The notes below the pieces were generated by a model that searched no databases, had not been told where the DNA came from, and saw only the letters and a list, made by a program, of their open reading frames with translations. The position numbers and the translations under genes were made by a program. From contig NC_090596.1 of NCBI RefSeq assembly GCF_000497125.1, positions 1,116,001-1,180,000 of the forward strand: DNA of 64,000 nt, written 5' to 3'. Of the stretch, positions 40,562 to 53,300 are shown piece after piece; positions within the stretch are counted from its first letter, which is position 1; every line of letters starts with the position of its first letter. Source of the DNA: Spironucleus salmonicida. Lineage: Eukaryota.

Positions 40562-41722
40562 ATGAAATGTTGCTAACAGGACCAGGCAGGAATACTAACT
40601 GCCATACAAGAGACGCTTAATGAGGATTTTGATGAGCTAACAGCAGAAACGCATCTATCGTCACAGATTTTCGCCGAAATCACCAAAATTCAGGCCGAAA
40701 ACTCTCGTTTAAAGCAGAATTTTACTAAAACGATCGCATTCCTGAAAGACACTGATTCGACTTCCCTGAAGGGTGATATACAGAAGGTCATAGATTTCCA
40801 GCGGCTCCGAAATGCGCAGCTGAGAAAGCAGCTCAAAGGCCTCCGAAAGTGCGACCCGAACGGCCAATTGCCGGTACTCATCAAGTAGCTCAACGTGCAG
40901 CCCCTTATGCTCGAAAAGCGGCAACTGCGGAATCCTGAAATCGGCAGGGGGCTCCCGGGGTTGTTGAGGCTCAAAAGCATTCAAAACGATATCATGTTCG
41001 TCCGCGCGCAGATAGCACACGAAAGCGCTAGAGATGCTCCCATAGGAAAGGGAAAATACGCCAAAAACGAGCTTTTAGGAATAGAAAATCAATTTGTAAG
41101 CGTATTCTAAAATATCCAAAGCTATCCAATTTTGGAACGAATTTCCGAACTGAAAATGTGTGAAAACGAGCTGAAAGAGGAGAAACTGGCACTTATTGAC
41201 GCAATTTTCGAAAAAATCGAAGAAACTGAGAAACTAGTCGATCCGCAACAGCAGCTGCAGCTGGGCGCCGTGGAGGCCACTTTCAACAAAATTCTGATTC
41301 TGGGTCCCTAGGCGCTCATCGGAAAACAGGAATTGACGCAGATTTAGCGCGAAATTGACATTTTTACGAAAATTGATGAATTAGGAGTGGAAAATCAAAT
41401 TCTAAATGAACAAATTTCGTTCCACCACGCACCTGCAGTACGAATTCTGGCCAGGCATGCCCTCGAGAAATCGACGAAAACGCAGTTGGCCAAAATCCAA
41501 AAGGAGATAGTTTCCCTGAACTGCGCGAAAAACGAGCTGTAGGGCGTCACAAATCAGCCCGAATTAATAGAGGAAATCGCAGGGTTCCTGAACAACGAAA
41601 GCCAGACCCAGTCCGAGCACTTTAAGGAGGAGGTTGAAAAAATCTGCAGCGGGGTGGGCCAGATGGGTATCAGGGGCGATCTGGTTAAAAAATACAAGAA
41701 ATAGTGTCTTATTCTGAAGTGA
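40562..41722 (+). CDS. Hypothetical helical protein, 386 aa
   Basis: Open with TAR=Gln; contains track ORF 40895; stop in AGTGA. Confidence 0.75.
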
Positions 41723-41935
41723 GGAATGGTTTAAAAATTTGAAAAGTCGTGTGGGTAAAATTAATATTATATCATATATAAACTAAACCCAAATTAAGTT
41801 TCTGTAGAAATCTTAATTATATGTATTTAAATATATAATAATCATATAATCAAAATTAATTTTTAGTTTTTATGGGGTCGAAATTGCTTAAAATTTAAGC
41901 CGAATCGGCAGCGTCGCAAAATTTCTAATCGTTGC

Positions 41936-42853
41936 TCAGTCGATCGAAATGATCTCCAAATCATCGCTTTTCTCCCTCTTGTCTAAAACTGGCGTCTGCT
42001 GCGGATTTGGTGCGAAATCCGCAACATTTAAATCGGGGCTGGCCAGGGCGCTCATCGACAGCGCCAAGTTGGCTTGCAGTGCCTCAAAACTTCCATTTCG
42101 CTCGTCTGATTTCTATGAAATTTCGTCTTCGCCGCTCGCTTCCCAGCCGCCGAACGTCACGTTGTTTCGCTTGGAGCACATCTGCTAACTTTTCCGCTCC
42201 AAAATATCTTTCCACTCCACCTCCGCTCCACAAAGACACCTTCCTTTTACCGGAACTATCTAGTTTCCGATGCAGAGAATTTGCGCAAAGCAGGGCATGC
42301 AGAAGTCTTTTTTGCAGACGTGGCAGACAACGTTGTAGTCTGAAACCTATTATTTGCAAAATTGGCACTTTGCTACTTTGGGGGAGTGGAAAATCAAATT
42401 CGCAGCAATATTTTGGCCTTTTTCGATTAGAAAATTAGTCATAAATTGACCCTTCAGCTACGACCCGAACTGCTGAAACGCGCCGTAGCTGACGTACACG
42501 ACCCTCAGCGGCTGCCGGCTCCAGGTATCCAGCGCGAGCAGCTGCACGACGATCTAGACGCACTTTTCGGTGATTTTGGAGGACCTCAAATTCGTCTGAA
42601 TTTTCGTCAGCTTCGTCTTGTTCGGAAGCTACCACTACCGCTCGAACTGCAGTGCGGCCACCTTCGTGGAGAATCCGTACACGAAAAACTAGAGCTCCCA
42701 GGTTTTATTTCGCGTCGCCCGTGCGCCTCCAGCAATCTCGCGATTATGCTTCCGCAGACGTTATAGCGGGTCTGGTGTGAAGCCTATGTACGTGGACGTG
42801 TCTGACGTGATCAGGTAGCACGCGAAAAGACCTGATGGACCTGTTAATGTCAT
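41936..42853 (-). CDS. SLX1: Structure-specific endonuclease SLX1 (GIY-YIG plus RING-like), 305 aa
   Basis: FACYLITS..TYIGFTPDPLQRLRKHNREIAGGARAT..WELQFFVYGFSTKVAALQFERQWQ, then CQFC..CHVC..CMPC..IVPVKGRCLCG..W; missed by the track because of in-frame TAR codons. Confidence 0.93.
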
Positions 42854-44373
42854 AATTTTGAAAATACTAAATTATATAAAATATAGTATAATATTAAGTA
42901 AAATAAATTTAACATTTTGGGGTGATGTGATTTTTCTGTAGATTTTGCAGTAGTATGACTAAGGACTGCCAGTTGCAATAATAGAGTGGTGGTGATTTAC
43001 TGAGACTTAGAAATTTTATGGGAAAATAGGAGAGTTCGGTATTTATGGTAACGAGCACATTAAAATGGAAGTTAAAAAATATGTTAATGATTTTAATTTG
43101 ATTTAAGCCAAGGATTTTATCAGTTAAATACATGCTAATATTTAATGATAAATATATCTATACGGAAAACAATAATTTTAATTAATATAGGTTATCTTAA
43201 TGTTTCTAATATAAAAATATTTCCAGTATTGAGTGTGATTTATATGTAATGGTTTTGGTTACGATAAATTTAATAAAACAAAATATAATTACACTAATCA
43301 TAGGTTATAAACTAACCTTGATAGAATTAAATTTAATTATAATTGCATCTACAAATTGAGATTTTGAATAAAATAAATTTATTATATGATAATCCAATAA
43401 ATTAAAATATCGAGTTAGTAAATTTATGTAATAACAGATCTTAAATATCAATCAGAGCATAAAATTGCCAAACAATATAAATAAAGCATAGTTTTATTAA
43501 TAGTACTAATGGATTTGAACTTTAAGTTTTTTCCTCGAAATAATTGACAGACTTTTTAATTTAGCCAACATCAGCTAAATATCGTTAGTTATATATAAAA
43601 TCATAAATTAATAATAAGAATATTTAAAATAAATTAAGGATTTTTTTATTAGTTTATTATTTGTTACGTAAAGTATAAAATTTATTAATTACTTATTATA
43701 TCTATTTATCACTTTTTGCATATGGCATAATCACATAACTAAACATAAATAAATACTATAGATAAATCACAATAAACGATAGTTTTATATTACGGTATAC
43801 AATCAATCATTTTAATTTAATTTATTTTTACTAAGATATATTAATAAATAAAAATTTAATTGTAACCAAAGAAAATAAAATTAAACGATATACAACTATC
43901 ATGTATTATTGTGATAATTGGTTTTAAAATATTTTGGTTTCATAAAAAGTAATTTTATTGGGTACTTTATACCTTTAACTTGAAATGAATAATTACTGAT
44001 ATTTGGTAAATATTTATATTTATAGAAACTCTTTGTATTAAAAAATTATAAATAGAAAAATAAATATTATAAATAATAAAAACATATATTCATTAAAAAT
44101 AAGGTGTGCTAGGTATATAATATTGATTTAAGTATATCTCCTCAATAAATTTTTATCGGTAAGATATCACATTAATATGATATAGTTAACAATAAAAAAT
44201 TTATTTTATGAAATTTATTATATTTTATAATATATTATAATATACATAATATTTTATTTTTATATATTAAATTTATATATGATTAAAAAGAGTATGAAAT
44301 TGTCTTTGAATCCATTATTTTATACGGGTTATTACTTTTATATTGGCCGCTCCAAATTTCGCCACTCCTCAAA

Positions 44374-47300
44374 ATGTCTAACGCGACCTCCTGGTTTACA
44401 GCAGCTCGTACAGGCGATTGTCGCTATATACTTTAGCACAAATAAGCTTTTGCTAAGACTGTTGATTCTACATTCCCACATTCTTCAGCATTAATACTTG
44501 CAGCTCAGTCATCATAAACACCAGCTGCAAAACTTCTTCTACCATCTGAACGTGGTATGTAGAATAAACATGGTTGGTCTGCACTTCATTTTGCAGCATA
44601 TCAAAATAACTAAATTTTGGCTAAGCTTTTAGCTCCATTTGAAAATAATTTAAAAACTTCTTCACAATTCAAAAATATACCACCAGGTGCCTCCGCAGCC
44701 CAGGTTGCAGCTATATCTGGAAATAACGAAATTTTATCTATTTTTGGTTAAGAATTTGAGTACTTAAATCTACCATTTGACCTTTCACTCTCCGCAGAAA
44801 GGGATAATTTAGGTAGAACTAAACTTCATTATTATGCTGTAAAAGGTTAATTAAATAATTTTTAAGATGAAAACTCCGCATTCATCAAAGTTGTTGATAA
44901 TTAATAAAAAACCGCACTTATGATAGCTGCTGAATCTGGCAATATTTCAGTAGTTTAAGCATTAATTAACTATGAAAGTGGAATATAAGGTGGTATTTAG
45001 GGCAATACTGCGCTTATGATTGCAATTGAAAATAAAAAGAATGCACTAGTTTAAATATTAGCTGAAAAAGAAGCTAAGATTTAAAATTAAGTTGGTCTGA
45101 CCGCTATGATGTTAGCAGCTAAAGATGGTAATTTAGATGCTGTTAAATTACTAGTTGACCAAGAAAAACGAATTTAAACAAGCTAATAATTTAACTAGTT
45201 CCCGGCTGGAACTACTGCTTTAATGTTAGCTGAGTTTTATGGTAGAAATGAAGTAGTTGTATTTTTAAAGGATCATGAGTAAGATTTAGTTAACTCTAAA
45301 AATCAAACATATAAGCAAATTGAAAAATTATCCAGTTCGAATGTTAGATAGTATAGTCCAAGAAGGAATTTCAATTATGAAGTGGCTCCTTCGAATGTTT
45401 TACCAGCTCAATAAAGTAACTTAATCAACCAGTTATAAAATAGTAATGGTCCTAAGGACAATTAATTAGAGATTACCAGGGAAGTATTAAGGAGTATTTC
45501 TACTTAAAATGATAATTCTGAAGTTATTTTGACTATTTAGGAAAAATTGGGATAAACAAAAGAATAAATGGCAACTATGGAAGCAAGATTATAGTTTAAA
45601 GAAAAAGAAATTTCAGAACTAAAATAATTTGTTCATATGAAGCCATGCGAATCTTGTAAAGATAAATAAGATATAATACGTGAAAAAACTTCGGAAATTG
45701 AAGTTCTTAAAAAAGATCTTAAAGAGGTTGAACAAGAACTTAGACATTCTAAAGAAAGAATTATGGAATTATCTGTTCTCGCTGATAAATAACAACGTTT
45801 GGAGTTATAGTTACAATAAATTTATGATTCTCTTATTAATGGAGATTTAATGAATGCTAATTCAATCGCATATGACAATGATGCCGTTGAGAAGATTAGA
45901 TTATATAAGGATGAAATTTATAATCTTAAAGCAGAAAATTTAAACCTTACTGATAGAGTTAACAATATGAATTAAGAATTAATATAACTTAAAGATAAGA
46001 TTGAGCATTTGGAATAGGAAAATAAAGAACTTATGGAATAAAATTTAGCTCTGAAATCATAAATTCCGACAGATATGGCTGAGTAGCTGGAAGAGCTAAT
46101 TCGTGAAAATGAAGATCTTAAAGACCAGCTGGCCTCTTTCCAAGCTACTTAGATGGAAACTCTTTCCTCTGCTCCCGAGCTCCAGTCCGAGCTTACCACT
46201 CTCAAGGAGTAAGTCGAACAGCTCAAGCAGGCTGATCCTATGTTACTCACCCGACTTAATAACGACAGGTAACAGTTAGCCGCTCTCAAGAACGAACTCG
46301 CCCAACTTGACCCCCTCAACGAGGTCGTCGAAGAGAACATGGAGCCCGAAGCTGCCGCTATGTGCGCCGCTGACAACACCGCCGATGAGCTTACCAACTA
46401 ACTCGCTGCCATCAGTGTTGCCGACCCGACCGCCCCCACTTAAGCAGCTGAGATCGAACGCCAGATTGCTGATCTTACGAAGTCGGTAGAAGCACTGAAG
46501 GGTGCTCCAGTTGACCTCCCAGTCTCCCAGTATGCCGACCAAGCTGAGCTCGCCGCTCTCAGAGAAGAGCTCGAACAGCTTAGAGCTGCCCCCGTTACTA
46601 CCGAGCCTCTCGCCGCCGCTGAGTCAGCCGACCAGGACCTTGCCGAGAAGTTAGCTGCTTCCGAGCAAGAACTCACGGCCCTCAAGGAAGAGCTCGAACA
46701 GCTTAGAGCTGCCCCCGCCCCAATGGAAACTCTTTCCTCTGCTCCCGAGCTCCAGTCCGAGCTTACCACTCTCAAGGAGTAAGTCGAACAGCTCAAGCAG
46801 GCTGATCCTATGTTACTCACCAGACTTAATAACGACAGGTAACAGTTAGCCGCTCTCAAGAACGAACTCGCCCAACTTGACCCCCTCAACGAGGTCGTCG
46901 AAGAGAACATGGAGCCCGAAGCTGCCGCTATGTGCGCCGCTGACAACACCGCCGATGAGCTTACCAACTAACTCGCTGCCATCAGTGTTGCCGACCCGAC
47001 CGCCCCCACTTAAGCAGCTGAGATCGAACGCCAGATTGCTGATCTTACGAAGTCGGTAGAAGCACTGAAGGGTGCTCCAGTTGACCTCCCAGTCTCCCAG
47101 TATGCCGACCAAGCTGAGCTCGCCGCTCTCAGAGAAGAGCTCGAACAGCTTAGAGCTGCCCCCGTTACTACCGAGCCTCTCGCCGCCGCTGAGTCAGCCG
47201 ACCAGGACCTTGCCGAGAAGTTAGCTGCTTCCGAGCAAGAACTCACGGCCCTCAAGGAAGAGCTCGAACAGCTTAGAGCTGCCCCCGCCCCAATGGAAAC

Positions 47301-50300
47301 TCTTTCCTCTGCTCCCGAGCTCCAGTCCGAGCTTACCACTCTCAAGGAGTAAGTCGAACAGCTCAAGCAGGCTGATCCTATGTTACTCACCCGACTTAAT
47401 AACGACAGGTAACAGTTAGCCGCTCTCAAGAACGAACTCGCCCAACTTGACCCCCTCAACGAGGTCGTCGAAGAGAACATGGAGCCCGAAGCTGCCGCTA
47501 TGTGCGCCGCTGACAACACCGCCGATGAGCTTACCAACTAACTCGCTGCCATCAGTGTTGCCGACCCGACCGCCCCCACTTAAGCAGCTGAGATCGAACG
47601 CCAGATTGCTGATCTTACGAAGTCGGTAGAAGCACTGAAGGGTGCTCCAGTTGACCTCCCAGTCTCCCAGTATGCCGACCAAGCTGAGCTCGCCGCTCTC
47701 AGAGAAGAGCTCGAACAGCTTAGAGCTGCCCCCGTTACTACCGAGCCTCTCGCCGCCGCTGAGTCAGCCGACCAGGACCTTGCCGAGAAGTTAGCTGCTT
47801 CCGAGCAAGAACTCACGGCCCTCAAGGAAGAGCTCGAACAGCTTAGAGCTGCCCCCGTTACTACCGAGCCTCTCGCCGCCGCTGAGTCAGCCGACCAGGA
47901 CCTTGCCGAGAAGTTAGCTGCTTCCGAGCAAGAACTCACGGCCCTCAAGGAAGAGCTCGAACAGCTTAGAGCTGCCCCCGCCCCAATGGAAACTCTTTCC
48001 TCTGCTCCCGAGCTCCAGTCCGAGCTTACCACTCTCAAGGAGTAAGTCGAACAGCTCAAGCAGGCTGATCCTATGTTACTCACCAGACTTAATAACGACA
48101 GGTAACAGTTAGCCGCTCTCAAGAACGAACTCGCCCAACTTGACCCCCTCAACGAGGTCGTCGAAGAGAACATGGAGCCCGAAGCTGCCGCTATGTGCGC
48201 CGCTGACAACACCGCCGATGAGCTTACCAACTAACTCGCTGCCATCAGTGTTGCCGACCCGACCGCCCCCACTTAAGCAGCTGAGATCGAACGCCAGATT
48301 GCTGATCTTACGAAGTCGGTAGAAGCACTGAAGGGTGCTCCAGTTGACCTCCCAGTCTCCCAGTATGCCGACCAAGCTGAGCTCGCCGCTCTCAGAGAAG
48401 AGCTCGAACAGCTTAGAGCTGCCCCCGTTACTACCGAGCCTCTCGCCGCCGCTGAGTCAGCCGACCAGGACCTTGCCGAGAAGTTAGCTGCTTCCGAGCA
48501 AGAACTCACGGCCCTCAAGGAAGAGCTCGAACAGCTTAGAGCTGCCCCCGCCCCAATGGAAACTCTTTCCTCTGCTCCCGAGCTCCAGTCCGAGCTTACC
48601 ACTCTCAAGGAGTAAGTCGAACAGCTCAAGCAGGCTGATCCTATGTTACTCACCCGACTTAATAACGACAGGTAACAGTTAGCCGCTCTCAAGAACGAAC
48701 TCGCCCAACTTGACCCCCTCAACGAGGTCGTCGAAGAGAACATGGAGCCCGAAGCTGCCGCTATGTGCGCCGCTGACAACACCGCCGATGAGCTTACCAA
48801 CTAACTCGCTGCCATCAGTGTTGCCGACCCGACCGCCCCCACTTAAGCAGCTGAGATCGAACGCCAGATTGCTGATCTTACGAAGTCGGTAGAAGCACTG
48901 AAGGGTGCTCCAGTTGACCTCCCAGTCTCCCAGTATGCCGACCAAGCTGAGCTCGCCGCTCTCAGAGAAGAGCTCGAACAGCTTAGAGCTGCCCCCGTTA
49001 CTACCGAGCCTCTCGCCGCCGCTGAGTCAGCCGACCAGGACCTTGCCGAGAAGTTAGCTGCTTCCGAGCAAGAACTCACGGCCCTCAAGGAAGAGCTCGA
49101 ACAGCTTAGAGCTGCCCCCGTTACTACCGAGCCTCTCGCCGCCGCTGAGTCAGCCGACCAGGACCTTGCCGAGAAGTTAGCTGCTTCCGAGCAAGAACTC
49201 ACGGCCCTCAAGGAAGAGCTCGAACAGCTTAGAGCTGCCCCCGTTACTACCGAGCCTCTCGCCGCCGCTGAGTCAGCCGACCAGGACCTTGCCGAGAAGT
49301 TAGCTGCTTCCGAGCAAGAACTCACGGCCCTCAAGGAAGAGCTCGAACAGCTTAGAGCTGCCCCCGTTACTACCGAGCCTCTCGCCGCCGCTGAGTCAGC
49401 CGACCAGGACCTTGCCGAGAAGTTAGCTGCTTCCGAGCAAGAACTCACGGCCCTCAAGGAAGAGCTCGAACAGCTTAGAGCTGCCCCCGCCCCAATGGAA
49501 ACTCTTTCCTCTGCTCCCGAGCTCCAGTCCGAGCTTACCACTCTCAAGGAGTAAGTCGAACAGCTCAAGCAGGCTGATCCTATGTTACTCACCAGACTTA
49601 ATAACGACAGGTAACAGTTAGCCGCTCTCAAGAACGAACTCGCCCAACTTGACCCCCTCAACGAGGTCGTCGAAGAGAACATGGAGCCCGAAGCTGCCGC
49701 TATGTGCGCCGCTGACAACACCGCCGATGAGCTTACCAACTAACTCGCTGCCATCAGTGTTGCCGACCCGACCGCCCCCACTTAAGCAGCTGAGATCGAA
49801 CGCCAGATTGCTGATCTTACGAAGTCGGTAGAAGCACTGAAGGGTGCTCCAGTTGACCTCCCAGTCTCCCAGTATGCCGACCAAGCTGAGCTCGCCGCTC
49901 TCAGAGAAGAGCTCGAACAGCTTAGAGCTGCCCCCGTTACTACCGAGCCTCTCGCCGCCGCTGAGTCAGCCGACCAGGACCTTGCCGAGAAGTTAGCTGC
50001 TTCCGAGCAAGAACTCACGGCCCTCAAGGAAGAGCTCGAACAGCTTAGAGCTGCCCCCGTTACTACCGAGCCTCTCGCCGCCGCTGAGTCAGCCGACCAG
50101 GACCTTGCCGAGAAGTTAGCTGCTTCCGAGCAAGAACTCACGGCCCTCAAGGAAGAGCTCGAACAGCTTAGAGCTGCCCCCGCCCCAATGGAAACTCTTT
50201 CCTCTGCTCCCGAGCTCCAGTCCGAGCTTACCACTCTCAAGGAGTAAGTCGAACAGCTCAAGCAGGCTGATCCTATGTTACTCACCAGACTTAATAACGA

Positions 50301-53300
50301 CAGGTAACAGTTAGCCGCTCTCAAGAACGAACTCGCCCAACTTGACCCCCTCAACGAGGTCGTCGAAGAGAACATGGAGCCCGAAGCTGCCGCTATGTGC
50401 GCCGCTGACAACACCGCCGATGAGCTTACCAACTAACTCGCTGCCATCAGTGTTGCCGACCCGACCGCCCCCACTTAAGCAGCTGAGATCGAACGCCAGA
50501 TTGCTGATCTTACGAAGTCGGTAGAAGCACTGAAGGGTGCTCCAGTTGACCTCCCAGTCTCCCAGTATGCCGACCAAGCTGAGCTCGCCGCTCTCAGAGA
50601 AGAGCTCGAACAGCTTAGAGCTGCCCCCGTTACTACCGAGCCTCTCGCCGCCGCTGAGTCAGCCGACCAGGACCTTGCCGAGAAGTTAGCTGCTTCCGAG
50701 CAAGAACTCACGGCCCTCAAGGAAGAGCTCGAACAGCTTAGAGCTGCCCCCGTTACTACCGAGCCTCTCGCCGCCGCTGAGTCAGCCGACCAGGACCTTG
50801 CCGAGAAGTTAGCTGCTTCCGAGCAAGAACTCACGGCCCTCAAGGAAGAGCTCGAACAGCTTAGAGCTGCCCCCGCCCCAATGGAAACTCTTTCCTCTGC
50901 TCCCGAGCTCCAGTCCGAGCTTACCACTCTCAAGGAGTAAGTCGAACAGCTCAAGCAGGCTGATCCTATGTTACTCACCCGACTTAATAACGACAGGTAA
51001 CAGTTAGCCGCTCTCAAGAACGAACTCGCCCAACTTGACCCCCTCAACGAGGTCGTCGAAGAGAACATGGAGCCCGAAGCTGCCGCTATGTGCGCCGCTG
51101 ACAACACCGCCGATGAGCTTACCAACTAACTCGCTGCCATCAGTGTTGCCGACCCGACCGCCCCCACTTAAGCAGCTGAGATCGAACGCCAGATTGCTGA
51201 TCTTACGAAGTCGGTAGAAGCACTGAAGGGTGCTCCAGTTGACCTCCCAGTCTCCCAGTATGCCGACCAAGCTGAGCTCGCCGCTCTCAGAGAAGAGCTC
51301 GAACAGCTTAGAGCTGCCCCCGTTACTACCGAGCCTCTCGCCGCCGCTGAGTCAGCCGACCAGGACCTTGCCGAGAAGTTAGCTGCTTCCGAGCAAGAAC
51401 TCACGGCCCTCAAGGAAGAGCTCGAACAGCTTAGAGCTGCCCCCGCCCCAATGGAAACTCTTTCCTCTGCTCCCGAGCTCCAGTCCGAGCTTACCACTCT
51501 CAAGGAGTAAGTCGAACAGCTCAAGCAGGCTGATCCTATGTTACTCACCCGACTTAATAACGACAGGTAACAGTTAGCCGCTCTCAAGAACGAACTCGCC
51601 CAACTTGACCCCCTCAACGAGGTCGTCGAAGAGAACATGGAGCCCGAAGCTGCCGCTATGTGCGCCGCTGACAACACCGCCGATGAGCTTACCAACTAAC
51701 TCGCTGCCATCAGTGTTGCCGACCCGACCGCCCCCACTTAAGCAGCTGAGATCGAACGCCAGATTGCTGATCTTACGAAGTCGGTAGAAGCACTGAAGGG
51801 TGCTCCAGTTGACCTCCCAGTCTCCCAGTATGCCGACCAAGCTGAGCTCGCCGCTCTCAGAGAAGAGCTCGAACAGCTTAGAGCTGCCCCCGTTACTACC
51901 GAGCCTCTCGCCGCCGCTGAGTCAGCCGACCAGGACCTTGCCGAGAAGTTAGCTGCTTCCGAGCAAGAACTCACGGCCCTCAAGGAAGAGCTCGAACAGC
52001 TTAGAGCTGCCCCCGCCCCAATGGAAACTCTTTCCTCTGCTCCCGAGCTCCAGTCCGAGCTTACCACTCTCAAGGAGTAAGTCGAACAGCTCAAGCAGGC
52101 TGATCCTATGTTACTCACCCGACTTAATAACGACAGGTAACAGTTAGCCGCTCTCAAGAACGAACTCGCCCAACTTGACCCCCTCAACGAGGTCGTCGAA
52201 GAGAACATGGAGCCCGAAGCTGCCGCTATGTGCGCCGCTGACAACACCGCCGATGAGCTTACCAACTAACTCGCTGCCATCAGTGTTGCCGACCCGACCG
52301 CCCCCACTTAAGCAGCTGAGATCGAACGCCAGATTGCTGATCTTACGAAGTCGGTAGAAGCACTGAAGGGTGCTCCAGTTGACCTCCCAGTCTCCCAGTA
52401 TGCCGACCAAGCTGAGCTCGCCGCTCTCAGAGAAGAGCTCGAACAGCTTAGAGCTGCCCCCGTTACTACCGAGCCTCTCGCCGCCGCTGAGTCAGCCGAC
52501 CAGGACCTTGCCGAGAAGTTAGCTGCTTCCGAGCAAGAACTCACGGCCCTCAAGGAAGAGCTCGAACAGCTTAGAGCTGCCCCCGCCCCAATGGAAACTC
52601 TTTCCTCTGCTCCCGAGCTCCAGTCCGAGCTTACCACTCTCAAGGAGTAAGTCGAACAGCTCAAGCAGGCTGATCCTATGTTACTCACCCGACTTAATAA
52701 CGACAGGTAACAGTTAGCCGCTCTCAAGAACGAACTCGCCCAACTTGACCCCCTCAACGAGGTCGTCGAAGAGAACATGGAGCCCGAAGCTGCCGCTATG
52801 TGCGCCGCTGACAACACCGCCGATGAGCTTACCAACTAACTCGCTGCCATCAGTGTTGCCGACCCGACCGCCCCCACTTAAGCAGCTGAGATCGAACGCC
52901 AGATTGCTGATCTTACGAAGTCGGTAGAAGCACTGAAGGGTGCTCCAGTTGACCTCCCAGTCTCCCAGTATGCCGACCAAGCTGAGCTCGCCGCTCTCAG
53001 AGAAGAGCTCGAACAGCTTAGAGCTGCCCCCGTTACTACCGAGCCTCTCGCCGCCGCTGAGTCAGCCGACCAGGACCTTGCCGAGAAGTTAGCTGCTTCC
53101 GAGCAAGAACTCACGGCCCTCAAGGAAGAGCTCGAACAGCTTAGAGCTGCCCCCGCCCCAATGGAAACTCTTTCCTCTGCTCCCGAGCTCCAGTCCGAGC
53201 TTACCACTCTCAAGGAGTAAGTCGAACAGCTCAAGCAGGCTGATCCTATGTTACTCACCCGACTTAATAACGACAGGTAACAGTTAGCCGCTCTCAAGAA

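Noticed and set aside
42900-44340. Possible genes in the long AT-rich spacer
   Set aside because: Extreme AT content and no coding-like composition; treated as intergenic
41936-46153. Functional link between SLX1 and the neighbouring repeat array
   Set aside because: SLX1 is a trans-acting housekeeping nuclease, and adjacency in a eukaryotic genome is not evidence of a shared system
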